This document shows, piece after piece, positions 62,449-64,000 of a stretch of DNA of 64,000 nucleotides. The translations under genes were made by a program, and so were the position numbers. How positions within the stretch are numbered: position 1 is the first letter of the stretch; each line of letters starts with the position of its first letter. The notes beneath the pieces are model-generated. The model was not told the DNA's origin. It ran no database searches and was given only the letters and a program-made list of their open reading frames with translations. Location: NCBI GenBank assembly GCA_045652205.1, contig JAZRTX010000012.1, forward strand, positions 605-64,604. The letters run 5' to 3'. Source of the stretch: Clostridia bacterium (GTDB lineage Bacteria > Bacillota > Clostridia > Christensenellales > QALW01).

Positions 62449-62464
62449 TTTATTATCCTCCTAA

Positions 62465-63415
62465 TTAATCTTCGTTGTTCTTGAGTTTAAGTCCAAGACC
62501 GGCAAGCTTAGCGCGAACCTCGTCCATTGACTTTTTACCAAGATTACGAACTCGCATCAAATCAGCTTCATCAAGCTGTGCAAGCTCCTGAACGGAGTTG
62601 ATGCCTGCACGCTTTAAGCAGTTATATGAACGTACTGAAAGATCAAGCTCGTCAATAGTCATATCAAGCGCTTTTGCCTGTGGTGCTGTACCTTCCTTGT
62701 CTTCTGCAAGCTGAATACCGCCTACGTTATCTGCAAGGTCAACAAAAAGTGCAAGATAATCATTCATAACTTTTGCGGCTATTGAAATAGCCTCGTCAGG
62801 TCTGATAGAACCGTCTGTCCACACGTCAAGGATAAGCTTATCAAAGTTATCATCTCTGCCAACGCGGGCATTCTGAACAAGATAGCTTGCCTTTAAAATA
62901 GGTGTGTAGATAGAATCAACAGCGATAACGTCAATAGGCATATCGTCTGATTTGTTCTTATCAGCGGGAACGTATCCCATACCCTTATCAATAACGATTT
63001 CCATATTAAGTACGCCACCTTCATCAATGGTAGCAATATGAAGATCTTTGTTGATTATTTCAAGTGTGCTGTCACCTTTGATATCGCCTGCCGTAACTTC
63101 GCAGGGGCCTACTGCATTGATTGTAGCAGTAATAGGTGTATCACTGTTAAGCTTCATAGCAATGTTCTTGATGTTAAGAATGATGTTTGTTACATCTTCA
63201 GTAACACCGGGAACAGTTGTGAACTCATGTAACACGCCTTCAACACGAATCTGTGTTGCAGCTGCGCCTGGCAGGGAGGATAACAAAATTCTACGGAGAG
63301 AATTGCCCAAGGTATCGCCAAAGCCACGACGAAGGGGTTCTACAACAAACTGTGCATACTTTCCATCTTCGCTAACTTGCTTACACTCTATAACTGGCTT
63401 TATAATTTCTATCAT
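62465..63415 (-). CDS. rpoA: RNA polymerase alpha subunit
   Basis: EPLRRGFG-TLGNSLRR, LSVRSYNCLKR. Confidence 0.99.
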   Translation of the reverse strand: MIEIIKPVIECKQVSEDGKYAQFVVEPLRRGFGDTLGNSLRRILLSSLPGAAATQIRVEGVLHEFTTVPGVTEDVTNIILNIKNIAMKLNSDTPITATINAVGPCEVTAGDIKGDSTLEIINKDLHIATIDEGGVLNMEIVIDKGMGYVPADKNKSDDMPIDVIAVDSIYTPILKASYLVQNARVGRDDNFDKLILDVWTDGSIRPDEAISIAAKVMNDYLALFVDLADNVGGIQLAEDKEGTAPQAKALDMTIDELDLSVRSYNCLKRAGINSVQELAQLDEADLMRVRNLGKKSMDEVRAKLAGLGLKLKNNED

Positions 63416-63445
63416 AATATTTAACCCTCCTACTAAATTGCGATA

Positions 63446-64000
63446 TTACCTGGAGTACAACTCAACGATAAGGTGTTCTTCAATGCTAAGATCAAGATCT
63501 TCTCTCTTAGGAAGTTCAACAACCTTACCTGAAAGTTCCTGGCTGTTAAGCTCAAGCCAAGCAGGAATGGTCTTGCTTGTGCCTTCACGCATAGCCTTGA
63601 ACTTTTCAATGCTTGTTGAGGATTCGCTAATAGCGATAACATCGCCTGCCTTTACGATAAAGGAAGGAATGTTAACCTTTTTGCCGTTAACTGTAATATG
63701 ACCGTGGTTAACGATCTGTCTTGCCTGTGCACGTGAATCACCGAAACCAAGACGGTAAACCACGTTATCAAGACGGCGCTCAAGTAATTGAAGCATGTTT
63801 TCACCTGCTGCGCCCTTCATATTTGTAGCCTTTGTGAAATAGCTGTGGAACTGCTTTTCAAGTAAGCCATAAGTTCTTCTTGCCTTCTGTTTTTCACGAA
63901 GCTGAAGACCATATTCGCTGGTCTTTCTGCGGCTTTTTGCGTGCTGACCGGGTGCTGTTCCTCTTTTAACTACAGGACACTTTGCACTATAGCAACGGTC
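63446..64000 (-). CDS. rpsD: 30S ribosomal protein S4 (start outside window)
   Basis: Frame open to the window edge: DRCYSAKC...PGQH...[11 protein letters not shown]...LERRLDN...IVELYSR. Confidence 0.98.
   Translation of the reverse strand, partial: DRCYSAKCPVVKRGTAPGQHAKSRRKTSEYGLQLREKQKARRTYGLLEKQFHSYFTKATNMKGAAGENMLQLLERRLDNVVYRLGFGDSRAQARQIVNHGHITVNGKKVNIPSFIVKAGDVIAISESSTSIEKFKAMREGTSKTIPAWLELNSQELSGKVVELPKREDLDLSIEEHLIVELYSR

Overview
A low-GC Firmicute (Clostridia-like) chromosomal segment. Most of it is housekeeping: rimP-nusA-ylxR-ylxQ-infB-rbfA-nrnA-truB-ribF; a yybP-ykoY riboswitch ahead of a P-type ATPase and mgtC; an RR-HK-GerMN-GerMN-comEC-holA run; rny, ABC-F, rsmA and an M18 peptidase; hom; rpoB-rpoC; rpsD-rpoA-rplQ. 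Four accessory segments interrupt this backbone. (1) The apparent end of an integrated element (1-1220) carries a LytTR pair and seems to cut a host gene after four codons. (2) A secreted CBM-Ig-ricin-putative Cys-protease plus lipoprotein cassette is flanked by a duplicated 32-bp terminator (31956-35046). (3) A convergent C5-MTase/REase pair lies at 40025-42162. (4) The best candidate for an undescribed system is an island just downstream of rpoC (43820-46526): XRE HTH, ImmA/IrrE-type metallopeptidase, a leader with a predicted ~77-nt antisense RNA, DUF4417-like protein, an MGGRG-headed putative nuclease toxin, a putative immunity gene and a decayed second immunity-like gene. Also notable: a 200-bp symmetric comb-like hairpin array (25844-26046), a ~130-aa insertion in RpoB, and apparent absence of TCGA from native genes. 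Family assignments come from motif recognition by eye; no searches were run.
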